Shown one piece after another: positions 25,613-35,508 of a stretch of 39,759 bases of DNA. The position numbers and the translations under genes were made by a program. The stretch comes from a virus. Its lineage: Duplodnaviria; Caudoviricetes. The stretch is taken from IMG/VR virus record IMGVR_UViG_3300045410_000071, positions 1 to 39,759 of that record. One strand, given 5' to 3'. A model generated the notes under the pieces. The model was not told where the DNA came from. It searched no databases and was given only the letters and a program-made list of their open reading frames with translations. The first letter of the stretch is position 1; every line of letters begins with the position of its first letter.

Positions 25613-27033
25613 GCCGCCCTCAGTTGCATGCTCGCGCGCAACAGATCGCGCTGCGATGGAGAGGACACCTGGATCTCGAACACGCGATTGCGGAAGTCGC
25701 CCAGTCGCTTGAAGCGCACGCGCTTGCCGTACTCGCCAATCGCACCCAGGCTGACGGTTTTCCAATTTGAAAAGTTTCTGCCGCCATCGTCGGAATAGCG
25801 CAGGCTGACAAAGTGATCGCTGTTCGCAATGGCCGTGTTGCCGGTGTTCATCAGCAGCTCGAATGCGGACAGGAACAACCGGTTCTGCTCATCATGCAGG
25901 TACGCCGTCTTGCGCGTGGCGATCAGCGGCCGATCGACGCCGGCCGTGAACTCCTCGGCGTGATACTTCCAGTCGACCACGTACAGCTTGCCGCTCTCGA
26001 AGTCACCCGCGATCCACTGGCCGTTGAAGTACACAAGCGCCGAGACGCGCCAGATCGGCAGGTTGTAGCTCTCGCGCCGATGCCAACGCTGCGTGGCCGC
26101 GTCATAGCCCCACGTCATCCCGTTTTCTTCCGGGAACGTGAGGTAGTAGATCTTGTGGCCGCGATCCTCGTAGGGCATGGCATACGCGTTCGCCCAGTTG
26201 AGCCCGCGGATCGCCTGCTCGATCGCGAACGTCGAGATGCGCTGCGGGGAGTAGCCGTTGGCTCGATACACGCTGCCGTCATCGCCGAGCCAGTGCGCTG
26301 CGTTGTCGACCATGGCGACCGTGAACGCACCCGCGCAGCCACGCCCGATCGTGGTGCCGGCCGCTGGCGCGAACGTGCCCTCCGCGGTGCCGACGTTCAC
26401 GAACGGCTGAATCGTGCTCTGCCCGAATACCCACAGATCCGAGTGCACGCGCAGCAGCGACACGATGTCATCGGGCAGCGCTTCGGCCTCGTAGAAGTCC
26501 AAGCCTAGATAAGACTTGGCGGTGTTGAGATCCGAGTGAAACCACTTCTTTCGATCCGGCTGCAGCTGCGCAAGATAGCCGTCGATGTAATCCACGACCC
26601 GCGCGCCGGGATAATCCGGGTCGATCACCTGCGAGAAGTCATTGTTGGCGGTGTCGAACACGAAGCCCGAGCCTCCGTTGACGATGAGCAGCTCATTGCC
26701 GCCGGCGATCTGGTTATGCGACATCGAGACGCGGCTTGAGCCTGGAATCGTCCCCAGCAGCGTGCCTGTGCCTGTGGTCGATACGCGATACAGCCGCGTG
26801 CCCGACACGACAAATAGCTGCCCCTCGACATTGCGCGCTCCGCGGATCGGCCCGGCGCCCACGATGCCGAGCAGCCGCAGGCCTGGAGCACCGCGCAGAA
26901 TCGCAGGCGAGCGCGCGTTGGCGTTCTCCGCTGCCTCGGGGATGTAGTTGACGCAGTCCTGCGAGTCGTAGGGACGGGTATCGTCCAGATAGGCGCCATC
27001 GACGATCTGCAGGGGTTCCAGGCGCTGCGTCAT
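25609..27033 (-). CDS. Tail hub / packaged DNA stabilisation protein (P22 gp10-like)
   Basis: PGL..GPIRG, AEALPDDIV, RIST.AIEQAI, TWGYDAATQRWH, SDDGG..W..LG.IGEY..RV. Confidence 0.85.
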   Translation of the reverse strand: MTQRLEPLQIVDGAYLDDTRPYDSQDCVNYIPEAAENANARSPAILRGAPGLRLLGIVGAGPIRGARNVEGQLFVVSGTRLYRVSTTGTGTLLGTIPGSSRVSMSHNQIAGGNELLIVNGGSGFVFDTANNDFSQVIDPDYPGARVVDYIDGYLAQLQPDRKKWFHSDLNTAKSYLGLDFYEAEALPDDIVSLLRVHSDLWVFGQSTIQPFVNVGTAEGTFAPAAGTTIGRGCAGAFTVAMVDNAAHWLGDDGSVYRANGYSPQRISTFAIEQAIRGLNWANAYAMPYEDRGHKIYYLTFPEENGMTWGYDAATQRWHRRESYNLPIWRVSALVYFNGQWIAGDFESGKLYVVDWKYHAEEFTAGVDRPLIATRKTAYLHDEQNRLFLSAFELLMNTGNTAIANSDHFVSLRYSDDGGRNFSNWKTVSLGAIGEYGKRVRFKRLGDFRNRVFEIQVSSPSQRDLLRASMQLRAA

Positions 27034-27449
27034 CAGCTGTACCAGTCGGACGGCCAGCCCAGGCGGCGCGCGCCGCCGGTCGAAGACATGGGGACATCCA
27101 GAATCGGCTCGATCGGCGTGGCCACCTCGTTGTCCCTGCGCAGATCCGCGAGCAACTCGCCGGCGCGCGTGCCGACCATGACGGACGGCATCACGTCGTA
27201 TTCCGGAGCGACCTCGAGCGCCAAGTTGAACGCAATGCACGCATCGAGCTCCGGCGGCGAGGGCATCTCCTGCGAGGGGTTGGCGACATCGCTCCAGCCC
27301 AGCGACTGCCCATTCGCCTCCCAGCGGCGGATCATCGCATTGAGCGCCTCGATGCCGGTGATGACATCGGACGCCTCCAGCGGCTCACCTGGGTCGTGTA
27401 CCCCGATGAGCCGCAGCGCGCGCGAGACGATCTTCTCGACCGTCGTCAT
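27033..27449 (-). CDS. Head-to-tail adaptor (P22 gp4-like)
   Basis: IVSRALRLIGV...ALNAMIRRW...FNLALEVAPEY. Confidence 0.8.
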   Translation of the reverse strand: MTTVEKIVSRALRLIGVHDPGEPLEASDVITGIEALNAMIRRWEANGQSLGWSDVANPSQEMPSPPELDACIAFNLALEVAPEYDVMPSVMVGTRAGELLADLRRDNEVATPIEPILDVPMSSTGGARRLGWPSDWYS

Positions 27450-27452
27450 GGC

Positions 27453-27893
27453 TTACGCAGGCGTCGCGTTGAGGCTCGGCACTACAAGCACGGGGACTAC
27501 GCCGCCATCGACGGCGCTCGCAAGTGCCACCGCGATGACGCTCTCATCGGCGCCCGCCGGCACCAGACGCGCCGTCGTGGTCTCTGCAGTCAGCAGTTGA
27601 CCGCGCGTCACCGTGTCGCCGGCTATGCCGGTCGTGAGACCGAGCAGCACCACCGGTACCGCCTCACCTGCAACCGCCGCACGGTCGCCTGCGTAGATGC
27701 CGATGAGCAAGTCCGTCTCCGCGTCGGCCTGGACCACGACGTTATCGGTAGCACCGAACTTGACGACCAAGCCCACACCCAGCACCTCCCCTGCGGTGTA
27801 GGACGCAATCACCGACGGCTGTGTGCCGACGGGCCCGATCGCCAACTTAGTCGAGTGGCGATCTGCGATATCGATCAATGGAGCAAGAGGCAT
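27453..27893 (-). CDS. Putative capsid cement/decoration protein
   Basis: After coat gene; IGI...AGEAVPV...AG.TV.RG..L...G pattern. Confidence 0.65.
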   Translation of the reverse strand: MPLAPLIDIADRHSTKLAIGPVGTQPSVIASYTAGEVLGVGLVVKFGATDNVVVQADAETDLLIGIYAGDRAAVAGEAVPVVLLGLTTGIAGDTVTRGQLLTAETTTARLVPAGADESVIAVALASAVDGGVVPVLVVPSLNATPA

Positions 27894-27950
27894 GATGTAT
27901 CTCCGGAAAAAAGTTGTTGCGCGCTATGGTGTGATGGGAGTGATATGTAT

Positions 27951-29165
27951 TTACTCCCCCGGCGCGTCGAGTGAGCCGTCATCGCCAAGACGCGCCGCCC
28001 ACTCCGGTCGCAACGCCCCGAACGCAGCCATGATGTCAAAGCGCATCATGATCACGTCGTTGACCATGTCGGAGCCGGTTGCGGTGCGCATCGAGATCGA
28101 CTCGAACACGCGCCGCGAACACGGTCGGTCCGGGTACTCAGGCAAATCGACCGTGCCGAAGGTGTAGGCATCGCGCGTGTACGCAAGTGAAATCGGATAG
28201 GGCGTGCTAGCGGCACCTGCGATCACGACAGCCTGACCATCAGCGACAGCGTTACTCACGTTCTGCTCTGTGCCGGTCGCAACGACGGCGGGATAGACTT
28301 GCAGATTCCCTGTGCCACCAGCGAAGTCCTCAGTCACGACGAACTGCCGCAGATAGCCTAGGTTCTGCTTGGTCTGTGGATGGACCGCATTCACGCCGGC
28401 GAACGTGACGATCTCGCCTTTGAGGATCGTTCCCAGGCCGCTATCAATACCGATCGACGAGCCGACTTGGGCCACGCCGTTCGTATCGTAATCGCCGTCT
28501 CCCGTGCCGCGCAGCTGTACCGGCAACACCGTAGAGGTGTTCCAGTCGAAGCCCTGGGCGCGTCCCATCTCGCCCTCTTCGTACTGCACGCTGATCTGCT
28601 TCTGCGAGTTGAACAGTCCACTACGTGCATTCAGTGTCTGAACTTCAGCGGTCGAGTTCAGCAGCATCTTTTTCGTGCCCTTGAAGCCGCCGTTGTCCTC
28701 GATCAGCTTCTTCGCCATGTTCGAATAAAAGATCGTATTCGTGGCGTCGAAGGGGTCGGTGATGGGTCCGGTCTGGTTCGGTGTTGCGGCCACTGCCATG
28801 GCCAGAACTTCGGCTTCCAGATTGATCACGAAGTCGGCGACCTGCTGCGACAGATAGCGCCGATCGAATTCCTCGATGTCGAGGGCCATCTCTGCAGACG
28901 AGTACTGAATGTCGAAGCCACGCTGACCGAACACGGTCACTGGCCTGACGATCGTCTGCAGCGGCGTGATATCCGCAACGCGGCCTTTGCGGTACTTGCC
29001 GTGCTGTGGGATTGGCACGCGCAAGGTGTCGCCGATCTTGGCTTCCTTCTGCGCAAAGGAGTCGTCGTAGTCGCGATTGATCCCCTTCAGGAACGTCGCG
29101 TTTTCAGAAAAGCGCATCAGTGCGCGATCGGCGATCTTGTCGGTTGTAAGCAGTGCGTTTGGCAT
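27951..29165 (-). CDS. Major capsid protein (P22 gp5-like)
   Basis: MPNALLT..I, KIGDTLRVPIP, RFDIMAAFGALRPEWA. Confidence 0.9.
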   Translation of the reverse strand: MPNALLTTDKIADRALMRFSENATFLKGINRDYDDSFAQKEAKIGDTLRVPIPQHGKYRKGRVADITPLQTIVRPVTVFGQRGFDIQYSSAEMALDIEEFDRRYLSQQVADFVINLEAEVLAMAVAATPNQTGPITDPFDATNTIFYSNMAKKLIEDNGGFKGTKKMLLNSTAEVQTLNARSGLFNSQKQISVQYEEGEMGRAQGFDWNTSTVLPVQLRGTGDGDYDTNGVAQVGSSIGIDSGLGTILKGEIVTFAGVNAVHPQTKQNLGYLRQFVVTEDFAGGTGNLQVYPAVVATGTEQNVSNAVADGQAVVIAGAASTPYPISLAYTRDAYTFGTVDLPEYPDRPCSRRVFESISMRTATGSDMVNDVIMMRFDIMAAFGALRPEWAARLGDDGSLDAPGE

Positions 29166-29199
29166 GTTCCTCTCTCAGAGCCGCGGCCCTGAGAGGGCG

Positions 29200-30138
29200 C
29201 TAGCGGCGTGCGGCTTTCTGTGACCGCCAATGAGCAATGCGTTCGGCCGTCGACATGTCGTCGATACTTTTCGAGGACTTGCCGGAGCCGTTGATGCTCG
29301 GAGGCGGTGCGGGTGTTTTCGTCACTTTGGGAGGAAGCTCTTCTTGCGTTGAGCCGGTCAGGCGCGTCTCGATCGTCGCGAGTCCACGGGCCATTTCCAG
29401 CTTGGATTTGCCGCGCAGCTTGTCGAGTTCGCCGGGGTGGTGCACCAGGTAATGAGCGATGTCGAGATCCTTCTCGTGCCCCGTGAGCAGGTCGATGACC
29501 TCCTGCGGCACGTCCACCTTGGCGGACACCATCTCATCCCACGCGCCTTCGCCGGCTCGCTTCTCGAATTCGCTTTTGCGCTTCTCGAACGCGGTGCGAG
29601 CTTCCTCGGCCGTTTTCGCTTGCCGCTGCCGATCGTTCTCCGCGTCACGATCCTTGAGGGCTTGTTGGACGCCCTCTCGGATCATGTGCGCGTTGTAACG
29701 CTCGATGTCGTAATCGAAGTCGGCCAGCGACTTCGGCTGCGCAGCTACGGCCGGCGCTTTGGGCTGATCTGTTTTCGCAGGCTCAGCGGGCGCCGTACGC
29801 ACGCTGCGTACTTCTTCGAGGGTCTCGGTGCGGCCAGCTCTACGGCCTTTTTCCTCCGCCCTTACCAGGCGTTTCTTCATCCAAGGAGGAATGGTTTTCT
29901 CGTCTGGATGGTCCGCTGAGGAATCAGCGTCGTCTTCTTTGCCCGCAGAAGTAGCGTTGGAGTCCGGCTTTACGTCAGCTTTTGGGGGCTTCGGTGGCGG
30001 CGCCGTGGCCGCTTTTTCTTTCAGGGTGTTTATAAAACCCGTGTCCCGGGATTTCATCTCTGGCTTGTCATCAGCCTTGGGGGCTGGCGCGTTGGCCTGA
30101 GTCTCCGTGGCGGACTCCACGTTGGCTTCGATATTCAT
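29200..30138 (-). CDS. Scaffolding protein
   Basis: Charged helical protein before coat; C-terminal TKTPAPPPSI..G...DDMST. Confidence 0.8.
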   Translation of the reverse strand: MNIEANVESATETQANAPAPKADDKPEMKSRDTGFINTLKEKAATAPPPKPPKADVKPDSNATSAGKEDDADSSADHPDEKTIPPWMKKRLVRAEEKGRRAGRTETLEEVRSVRTAPAEPAKTDQPKAPAVAAQPKSLADFDYDIERYNAHMIREGVQQALKDRDAENDRQRQAKTAEEARTAFEKRKSEFEKRAGEGAWDEMVSAKVDVPQEVIDLLTGHEKDLDIAHYLVHHPGELDKLRGKSKLEMARGLATIETRLTGSTQEELPPKVTKTPAPPPSINGSGKSSKSIDDMSTAERIAHWRSQKAARR

Positions 30139-30731
30139 GCCGCCTCTCTTGTGATGTCAAGTTTTTTTGACGGTCGTCCGAGCTTTTTACCGTCAAGCGG
30201 TTTATGTCCTAAATGCGTCCAGGTCTTCCCGCTAAGGATTTGGCTGATATGCCGCCGGCTTCCTCCAAGCCAGTCCGCTATCTGCCGCTGCGTACATCCG
30301 CTTCGCCGCAGATCAAAGATGCGCTCAATGTCGGTATCGTTGAACTTAGCACTGTGGTTGCGTTCCCCGCGCAAGCTTGTTCCATGCCTGACCTTATCTG
30401 CTTCATTGTTAGTTCTAGTATCCCAGCGCAGATTTTCCCGGATGTTATTGCCTTTGTCGCCATCATTGTGGCAGCCATGCATTCCTTCAGGACGAGGTCC
30501 GACAAACGCTTTGAGCACGAGATGATGAACCCGACGAGTTAGCGACGTGCCACGTGACAGATCAACAATTACATAGTCACGTTTGTCTTTCCCCTGTTTC
30601 AGAACACGCCCTTTGATTACTGCACGGCCGTCAGCGCGCATACGATCCAACGATCGCACACGCCCAAGGTCGCTGACCTCGTAAATGCCTTCGAAGTCAA
30701 CGACGGGAAGCCATCTTTCTTGTTCACTCAT
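30135..30731 (-). CDS. NUMOD4-HNH homing endonuclease
   Basis: ERWLPVVDFEGIYEVSDLGRVRS; VHHLVLKAFVG..CHNDG...NLRW..NEAD. Confidence 0.9.
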   Translation of the reverse strand: MSEQERWLPVVDFEGIYEVSDLGRVRSLDRMRADGRAVIKGRVLKQGKDKRDYVIVDLSRGTSLTRRVHHLVLKAFVGPRPEGMHGCHNDGDKGNNIRENLRWDTRTNNEADKVRHGTSLRGERNHSAKFNDTDIERIFDLRRSGCTQRQIADWLGGSRRHISQILSGKTWTHLGHKPLDGKKLGRPSKKLDITREAA

Positions 30732-32803
30732 TGCGATGGCGCTCCAGGCGCAGGCGTTCCAGGAGCCGGCCCGAAGATCGACGGCCCGATCGGCACCGTC
30801 GGCAATCCCTCGGCGATGCGCTCAATCGATTCGGCTGTCTGCGCGCGCGTCTTCTCAACCTGGGCCGGCGTCAGTGCAACGATCTGCTGCGTCTGTGCGT
30901 CGGTCTTTCGTGCCTGAGCGCCCTTCAGTTCTACGTCAGCGACGATCTTGGGATCAGGCTGCGGGGGTGGTTGCGGCGGATCTTTCTCACCTGGTTCCAA
31001 CAGCCCCTCTTTGACCAACACCTTGCGACAAGCTGCCAGGAATTCATCCATGCCTGGGACGTCCAAATTGCGAAACAACAAGTACTGCGCCAGCATGCCA
31101 AACGGTCCGGGCGTGCGCGCCATTGCTTCCGCAGCCTCCGCGACTTCCATGCGCTGCGTCTCGAAGCTCTTGCCGGTGGAAACGACGACGTCGTACTTGC
31201 CGCGCGAAAGGTCGTTGATGATCTTCACCTCGCCGGTCTGCATGTCGCGGATCGGGCGATTGACCTTGACGAATTTCGCCTTGCCATCCTCCCCGAGGAT
31301 GCGCAGGGTGCGCGTCGCGTCGTACACCTTCGGAATCAGGTCGACCAGGATGGCGCCGGTGAACTCCAGCGCTTTGAGGTGATTGTCGACGTACACGTAG
31401 TTGGAGATATCTCCCTCTTGCTTGCGCGCGAGAATGGCGCGGCCGGAGGTCTCGTTGCTTTGCGCGCCAAGTGATGCATCGTAGATGCCCATGGTCGCCT
31501 TGATCTCATCCACCGCGAGCGCCGAGACGTTCGCGAACGCGGCCGGGAACTGCGCCGCTGGCTCGCGCGTCGGCCGAGCGGCTGGCGAGGAAGGGTCGAC
31601 GTTGTACAACAGTACTGGCGGATCGTCGTAACCAAGCCGCTCGTAGTACGACTTCAGGCCCTCGATCATCTTCGGCGTGGCCGTGAGCGGCGAATTCGGC
31701 ATCTTCGCCACGATTTCGATCAGCGTCGACAACTCGAAGTTGTGGATCATCTGCGCATCGCGGCCGAAGCGCGTCATGCCGCTGTAGTACTGCTTGCCGT
31801 CGACCGTGAGCAGCTCGCCCCAGTTGAGCACCACGGGGAAGTACTTGCCGGGCCACTCCACCGGCTTGGTGAGCTTGTCGCGCCCTGAGATCAGGCAGCA
31901 CTTGACGATCTGCCGATCAATCTCGCGCGTGTCGGCGATCGTGATGCCTTCCGCAGCCGCCTCATCCGCGATGGGATCGAAGTCCGTCGCGTCGACAACC
32001 GTGCCGTCGTTGAGCAGGTAGATAACGCGCTTCTCGACTTCCTTGTACCAATACTTCGCGATGCGCACCGTGTCCTCGTACCACCAGTCTTTGTCGAGCG
32101 CGGTGGAGCCGGTGGCGGTGAAATCGACCAGTTGCTTGCCTGGGTACAGGCGCTTGAATTCGGAGCGCGAAATCAGCTCGGACACAAAGCAGTAGCGCGC
32201 ATCGATGCGGTGAAAATCGCGTGCCGCCGGGTCGAAGGTCACGGTGAACGGATCTTCGATCGGATCGATCCTGAGCACCTTGTCGAACGAGTTGGGCTTG
32301 AGCTGTCTCGCCGCTGCGTCGGCCCCGTAGCTTTGACCCTCCTCCACCTCATCGTTCGCGTAGGCGGTGGTGACTTGCCACGCCCCCACCCCTCCCGCGC
32401 AGGCCCAGGTGAAACCGCTGTCGTAGGCGATCTTGGCTTTGGAGTCCGAACTGTTCTGGATGGCGCGGATGATGCCGTTGTAGATCTCTGCCGTGTCGAC
32501 ATCGCCATCCTCGGCGGGGCGCACGTTGATCTGCGGGCGGTTCTGCAGCTGCTGCCCGGTCACGCGGCGAATCATCTGGCGCTGCCGATTGAACTCGTAG
32601 CACGGCCGGCGCCGACGCTTGGCGGTCAGGTGCTGATCCCACTGATGTCCTGGGACAAGCGCGAACTTGTAGTCCTCTACCGCCTTCTTGCGCTGCTCCG
32701 AGGCGTGCGTGTCAGCCTCCTCGAAGCGCTCGATCGCCTCGCGCACGAAGTCCTTGTCGCTCGGCGTCGGGATCTTGGTGTCGGTGTCGTCGCGCTTGGC
32801 CAT
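30728..32803 (-). CDS. Portal protein (P22-like)
   Basis: 691 aa; GHQWD..RRRPCYEFN, RDAQMIHN, SNETSGRAILARKQEGD, NDLSRGKYDVVV..G..FETQR. Confidence 0.92.
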   Translation of the reverse strand: MAKRDDTDTKIPTPSDKDFVREAIERFEEADTHASEQRKKAVEDYKFALVPGHQWDQHLTAKRRRRPCYEFNRQRQMIRRVTGQQLQNRPQINVRPAEDGDVDTAEIYNGIIRAIQNSSDSKAKIAYDSGFTWACAGGVGAWQVTTAYANDEVEEGQSYGADAAARQLKPNSFDKVLRIDPIEDPFTVTFDPAARDFHRIDARYCFVSELISRSEFKRLYPGKQLVDFTATGSTALDKDWWYEDTVRIAKYWYKEVEKRVIYLLNDGTVVDATDFDPIADEAAAEGITIADTREIDRQIVKCCLISGRDKLTKPVEWPGKYFPVVLNWGELLTVDGKQYYSGMTRFGRDAQMIHNFELSTLIEIVAKMPNSPLTATPKMIEGLKSYYERLGYDDPPVLLYNVDPSSPAARPTREPAAQFPAAFANVSALAVDEIKATMGIYDASLGAQSNETSGRAILARKQEGDISNYVYVDNHLKALEFTGAILVDLIPKVYDATRTLRILGEDGKAKFVKVNRPIRDMQTGEVKIINDLSRGKYDVVVSTGKSFETQRMEVAEAAEAMARTPGPFGMLAQYLLFRNLDVPGMDEFLAACRKVLVKEGLLEPGEKDPPQPPPQPDPKIVADVELKGAQARKTDAQTQQIVALTPAQVEKTRAQTAESIERIAEGLPTVPIGPSIFGPAPGTPAPGAPSQ
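31607..31658. repeat. 52-bp direct repeat, copy 2
   Basis: 51/52 identical to 5169-5220. Confidence 0.95.
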
Positions 32804-32805
32804 AG

Positions 32806-33609
32806 CTATGCAGTCACCGTCACACTGAACGGACCTGTCGTAATCGGCGGATCGTCAAAGAAGCCCGACGCCTCGCGCACGTTTACGCGTAACGCCTGCG
32901 CGTAGATCTCGCCGTTGTCGAGCGTCGCATCCACGCGCAGGTTGGCCCAGCCGCCGAGCTGAGCGGCGAACATCACCATGGTCTCGCGGCCATTGGGGCT
33001 GATCTGCGGGTTAGAGATCAGGCCGATCTCCGGCGCATCGGTGCGCCAGGTCGCCGACGTGATCGTGCGTGCCGGCGGGATCGCGCCGTTGAAGTTCGCG
33101 ACCATGCAGCGTCGCTCGAAGCGATACAGGCGCGACTGGTGCACGCGCGCACGGTCGTAGGCCGATACATAGGCGCGAGTGGCGCGACCCATCTCATCGC
33201 ATGCTGGCGGGGGCTGCGGGAGGGCCGGCCCGAGCACAGCGACAGTTGCACCGTACAGCGTCTCAGTGCCGCCGGTGCTGCTGATGCCCCATGCAAACTG
33301 CGTGGCGCCGTTGGTGTCGAGCTCTTGCGCAAATGTCCCGGTGGATGAGCCAAGATTAAACGAGCCCGGTACGCCGTCGAGCTCGTAATAAAGCTGAATG
33401 CCCTGACTGATCGGGGCAACGACGATTTCGGTGCTGAATTCGAGCGTTGCCGGCAGAGCCTCGGCGCCGATGTATGTAATCAGCTGTAGATTGTCTTGCT
33501 CGTCCGACCACCAGCAACGCCCATCGGCATCCAGCGCCTCGTACTGTACTGGCGGCGTGGCACCCAGATCATCCTCCCATAGGAGGGGATTGATTGCGCT
33601 AGCTGCCAT
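32806..33609 (-). CDS. Hypothetical, probably virion-associated two-domain protein
   Basis: Between glycosyltransferase and portal; beta-rich; Pro linker. Confidence 0.6.
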   Translation of the reverse strand: MAASAINPLLWEDDLGATPPVQYEALDADGRCWWSDEQDNLQLITYIGAEALPATLEFSTEIVVAPISQGIQLYYELDGVPGSFNLGSSTGTFAQELDTNGATQFAWGISSTGGTETLYGATVAVLGPALPQPPPACDEMGRATRAYVSAYDRARVHQSRLYRFERRCMVANFNGAIPPARTITSATWRTDAPEIGLISNPQISPNGRETMVMFAAQLGGWANLRVDATLDNGEIYAQALRVNVREASGFFDDPPITTGPFSVTVTA

Positions 33610-34123
33610 GTATCGCCCTCAAACGCAATCCGGCGCTGCGCCAGATCCTGTACACGTAGACCCACGACAATTCGTCGATGACCGTGCCAAGTTCAGCCGC
33701 GCGCACGACGCCCTTGAGCATCGATCCGGTCGGCAGTTCAAGGGGCAGCTCGCGTGCCACCTCGGCGTGGAATGCCGTCAGGTGATGACGACGGTTCGTC
33801 GGTATCACTCGCCCGTTGGCGAGCAACTTGATTTCGCGCGCACAGATGGCTGCAGGCGCCAGTGCAAAGTGCCGCTCCAGACATGCAAATGCGTTCGGGA
33901 GCACAAAGTCATCGTCATCGACAAAGGCTATGTAGCCTGCCGTGGATTTCGCAAGGCCACCGAGCATCGCTTTGCCGATGTGACCGGGCACGCCAGGCGT
34001 CTCAATGATGTTGACCGGATAGGGGCACAAATCGGCAGCGATGCGCGCCGAACGCCGAGCCTCGTTGACGAATCCACGCGGCGTCGTCTGCGATACCATG
34101 ATGAGAACATCGAGCCTCACCAT
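33599..34123 (-). CDS. Glycosyltransferase, GT-A/family 2-like
   Basis: GLAKSTAGYIAFVDDDDFVLPNAF. Confidence 0.7.
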   Translation of the reverse strand: MVRLDVLIMVSQTTPRGFVNEARRSARIAADLCPYPVNIIETPGVPGHIGKAMLGGLAKSTAGYIAFVDDDDFVLPNAFACLERHFALAPAAICAREIKLLANGRVIPTNRRHHLTAFHAEVARELPLELPTGSMLKGVVRAAELGTVIDELSWVYVYRIWRSAGLRLRAIHGS

Positions 34124-35508
34124 ACGAGCCCCACCGAGCCGCCCGAGCGATTCTCGAACTGCGAACCGAAATTCAGTTCAACCGGCGCGCGTCCCGTCTC
34201 GGCGAAGATCTGCTCGGCGACGACGCACATCAGGCCGAATGAATCCGCTGCATGCGAGGAAAAATCATGGTCCGGCCCGAGCCCGATCAGTCGCGTCGGA
34301 TCTTTCTTCTCGTGATACCAGCCCAGCGCCTCCAATCCACCCGTGGTCGTCGCCTCATTGAACCAGATCGACGGGAAATGCCGACGCGCAGCCTCGATGC
34401 GCTGCGACGCTGCGCCCTTTCCCTGGTTTGGAACGACCGTCACGTCATAGCCTGCAGCTCGCAGCGCAGAGGCATACGACACGTCATAAACCTTGTCGTT
34501 GGAGTCGCCATCGTGCGGTAGCCACACTTGCGCGTGCTTTGGCAAATACTCGCGCTCGCGCATCCAATGCAGGTGCGTGGCCAACGGCTGGCCCACCGCC
34601 TCGTAGTAATCGAGCATGCGAATCTCGCGCCCCACGAACTGCGCCGCCCAGATCGACACCGCGTCCGCCCGGGCGCCGGTGCCGCCGATGTCGAAGAACA
34701 GTCGGAACGTCATCAACGGATCGGCAGATACGCGGCCGATGCGCCCGGCCTGTCGGGCCTCGTTCAGGCTCTTGGCGTAGTACGCCCCGTCCAGCAGCGT
34801 CACGTACTCGCCTTCCCAGATGTGCGGATACTGCTCGGGCTGCGTGCGCATGAAATCTTGCCGTTCCTGCTCCAGCTCGCGCGTGAACCAGGGGTTGTCG
34901 CGCCAGTTGGCGCGCACGACGGCGCAGCCCGTTGGCGTCTGTGTGCCGCGCAAGAGCCCCTCGATGGGATCTGCTTTGCGCCGCGGATTCCACGAGAACC
35001 AGCGCTCTGCGCCTTCCGCGCGCAGCGTTGGGCGCAGCAGGTTCAGCGAATGCAGCGTCGCGGTTTGCGCCTCCTCCCACCACGCGCGCTTGAATCCCTC
35101 CAACGACTTGATGGAGTCGGCGGTGTAGTCATTCATGCCCTTGAAGATGATGAGGCCGTCGCCAGGCGTGACGATGGAGTCGCGATAGACCTTGAAACCG
35201 TCAGCCTCGGTGATCCCATGCTGGCGCAGCTTTGTTTCCACCAGCAACTTGGATGATTGCGCCAGATCCTTCTGTATCTCGCGAATGCACACGGCGCGCA
35301 TGCCTTCGCCGCCGCTATTGCCAGGCTCGGCGAGGCAATCCTCAATCATGAGATCGGCGAAGAAGGTCGATTTGCCCGAGCCGCGTCCGCCGAACGCGCC
35401 CTTGTAGCGAGCGGGCGCAAGCAGTGGCTGAAACGCCTTAGCCGTCGGGAGCTTTAGTGTTCTCGACGATCGTGCGTTCGATTTTTTCGATCTTGACTGG
35501 GCCGCCAT
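34117..35508 (-). CDS. terL: Terminase large subunit
   Basis: Walker A GGRGSGKS, Walker B WWEEAQ, WFSWNP, nuclease FFDIG and SHAADSF; true start uncertain. Confidence 0.93.
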   Translation of the reverse strand: MAAQSRSKKSNARSSRTLKLPTAKAFQPLLAPARYKGAFGGRGSGKSTFFADLMIEDCLAEPGNSGGEGMRAVCIREIQKDLAQSSKLLVETKLRQHGITEADGFKVYRDSIVTPGDGLIIFKGMNDYTADSIKSLEGFKRAWWEEAQTATLHSLNLLRPTLRAEGAERWFSWNPRRKADPIEGLLRGTQTPTGCAVVRANWRDNPWFTRELEQERQDFMRTQPEQYPHIWEGEYVTLLDGAYYAKSLNEARQAGRIGRVSADPLMTFRLFFDIGGTGARADAVSIWAAQFVGREIRMLDYYEAVGQPLATHLHWMREREYLPKHAQVWLPHDGDSNDKVYDVSYASALRAAGYDVTVVPNQGKGAASQRIEAARRHFPSIWFNEATTTGGLEALGWYHEKKDPTRLIGLGPDHDFSSHAADSFGLMCVVAEQIFAETGRAPVELNFGSQFENRSGGSVGLVW

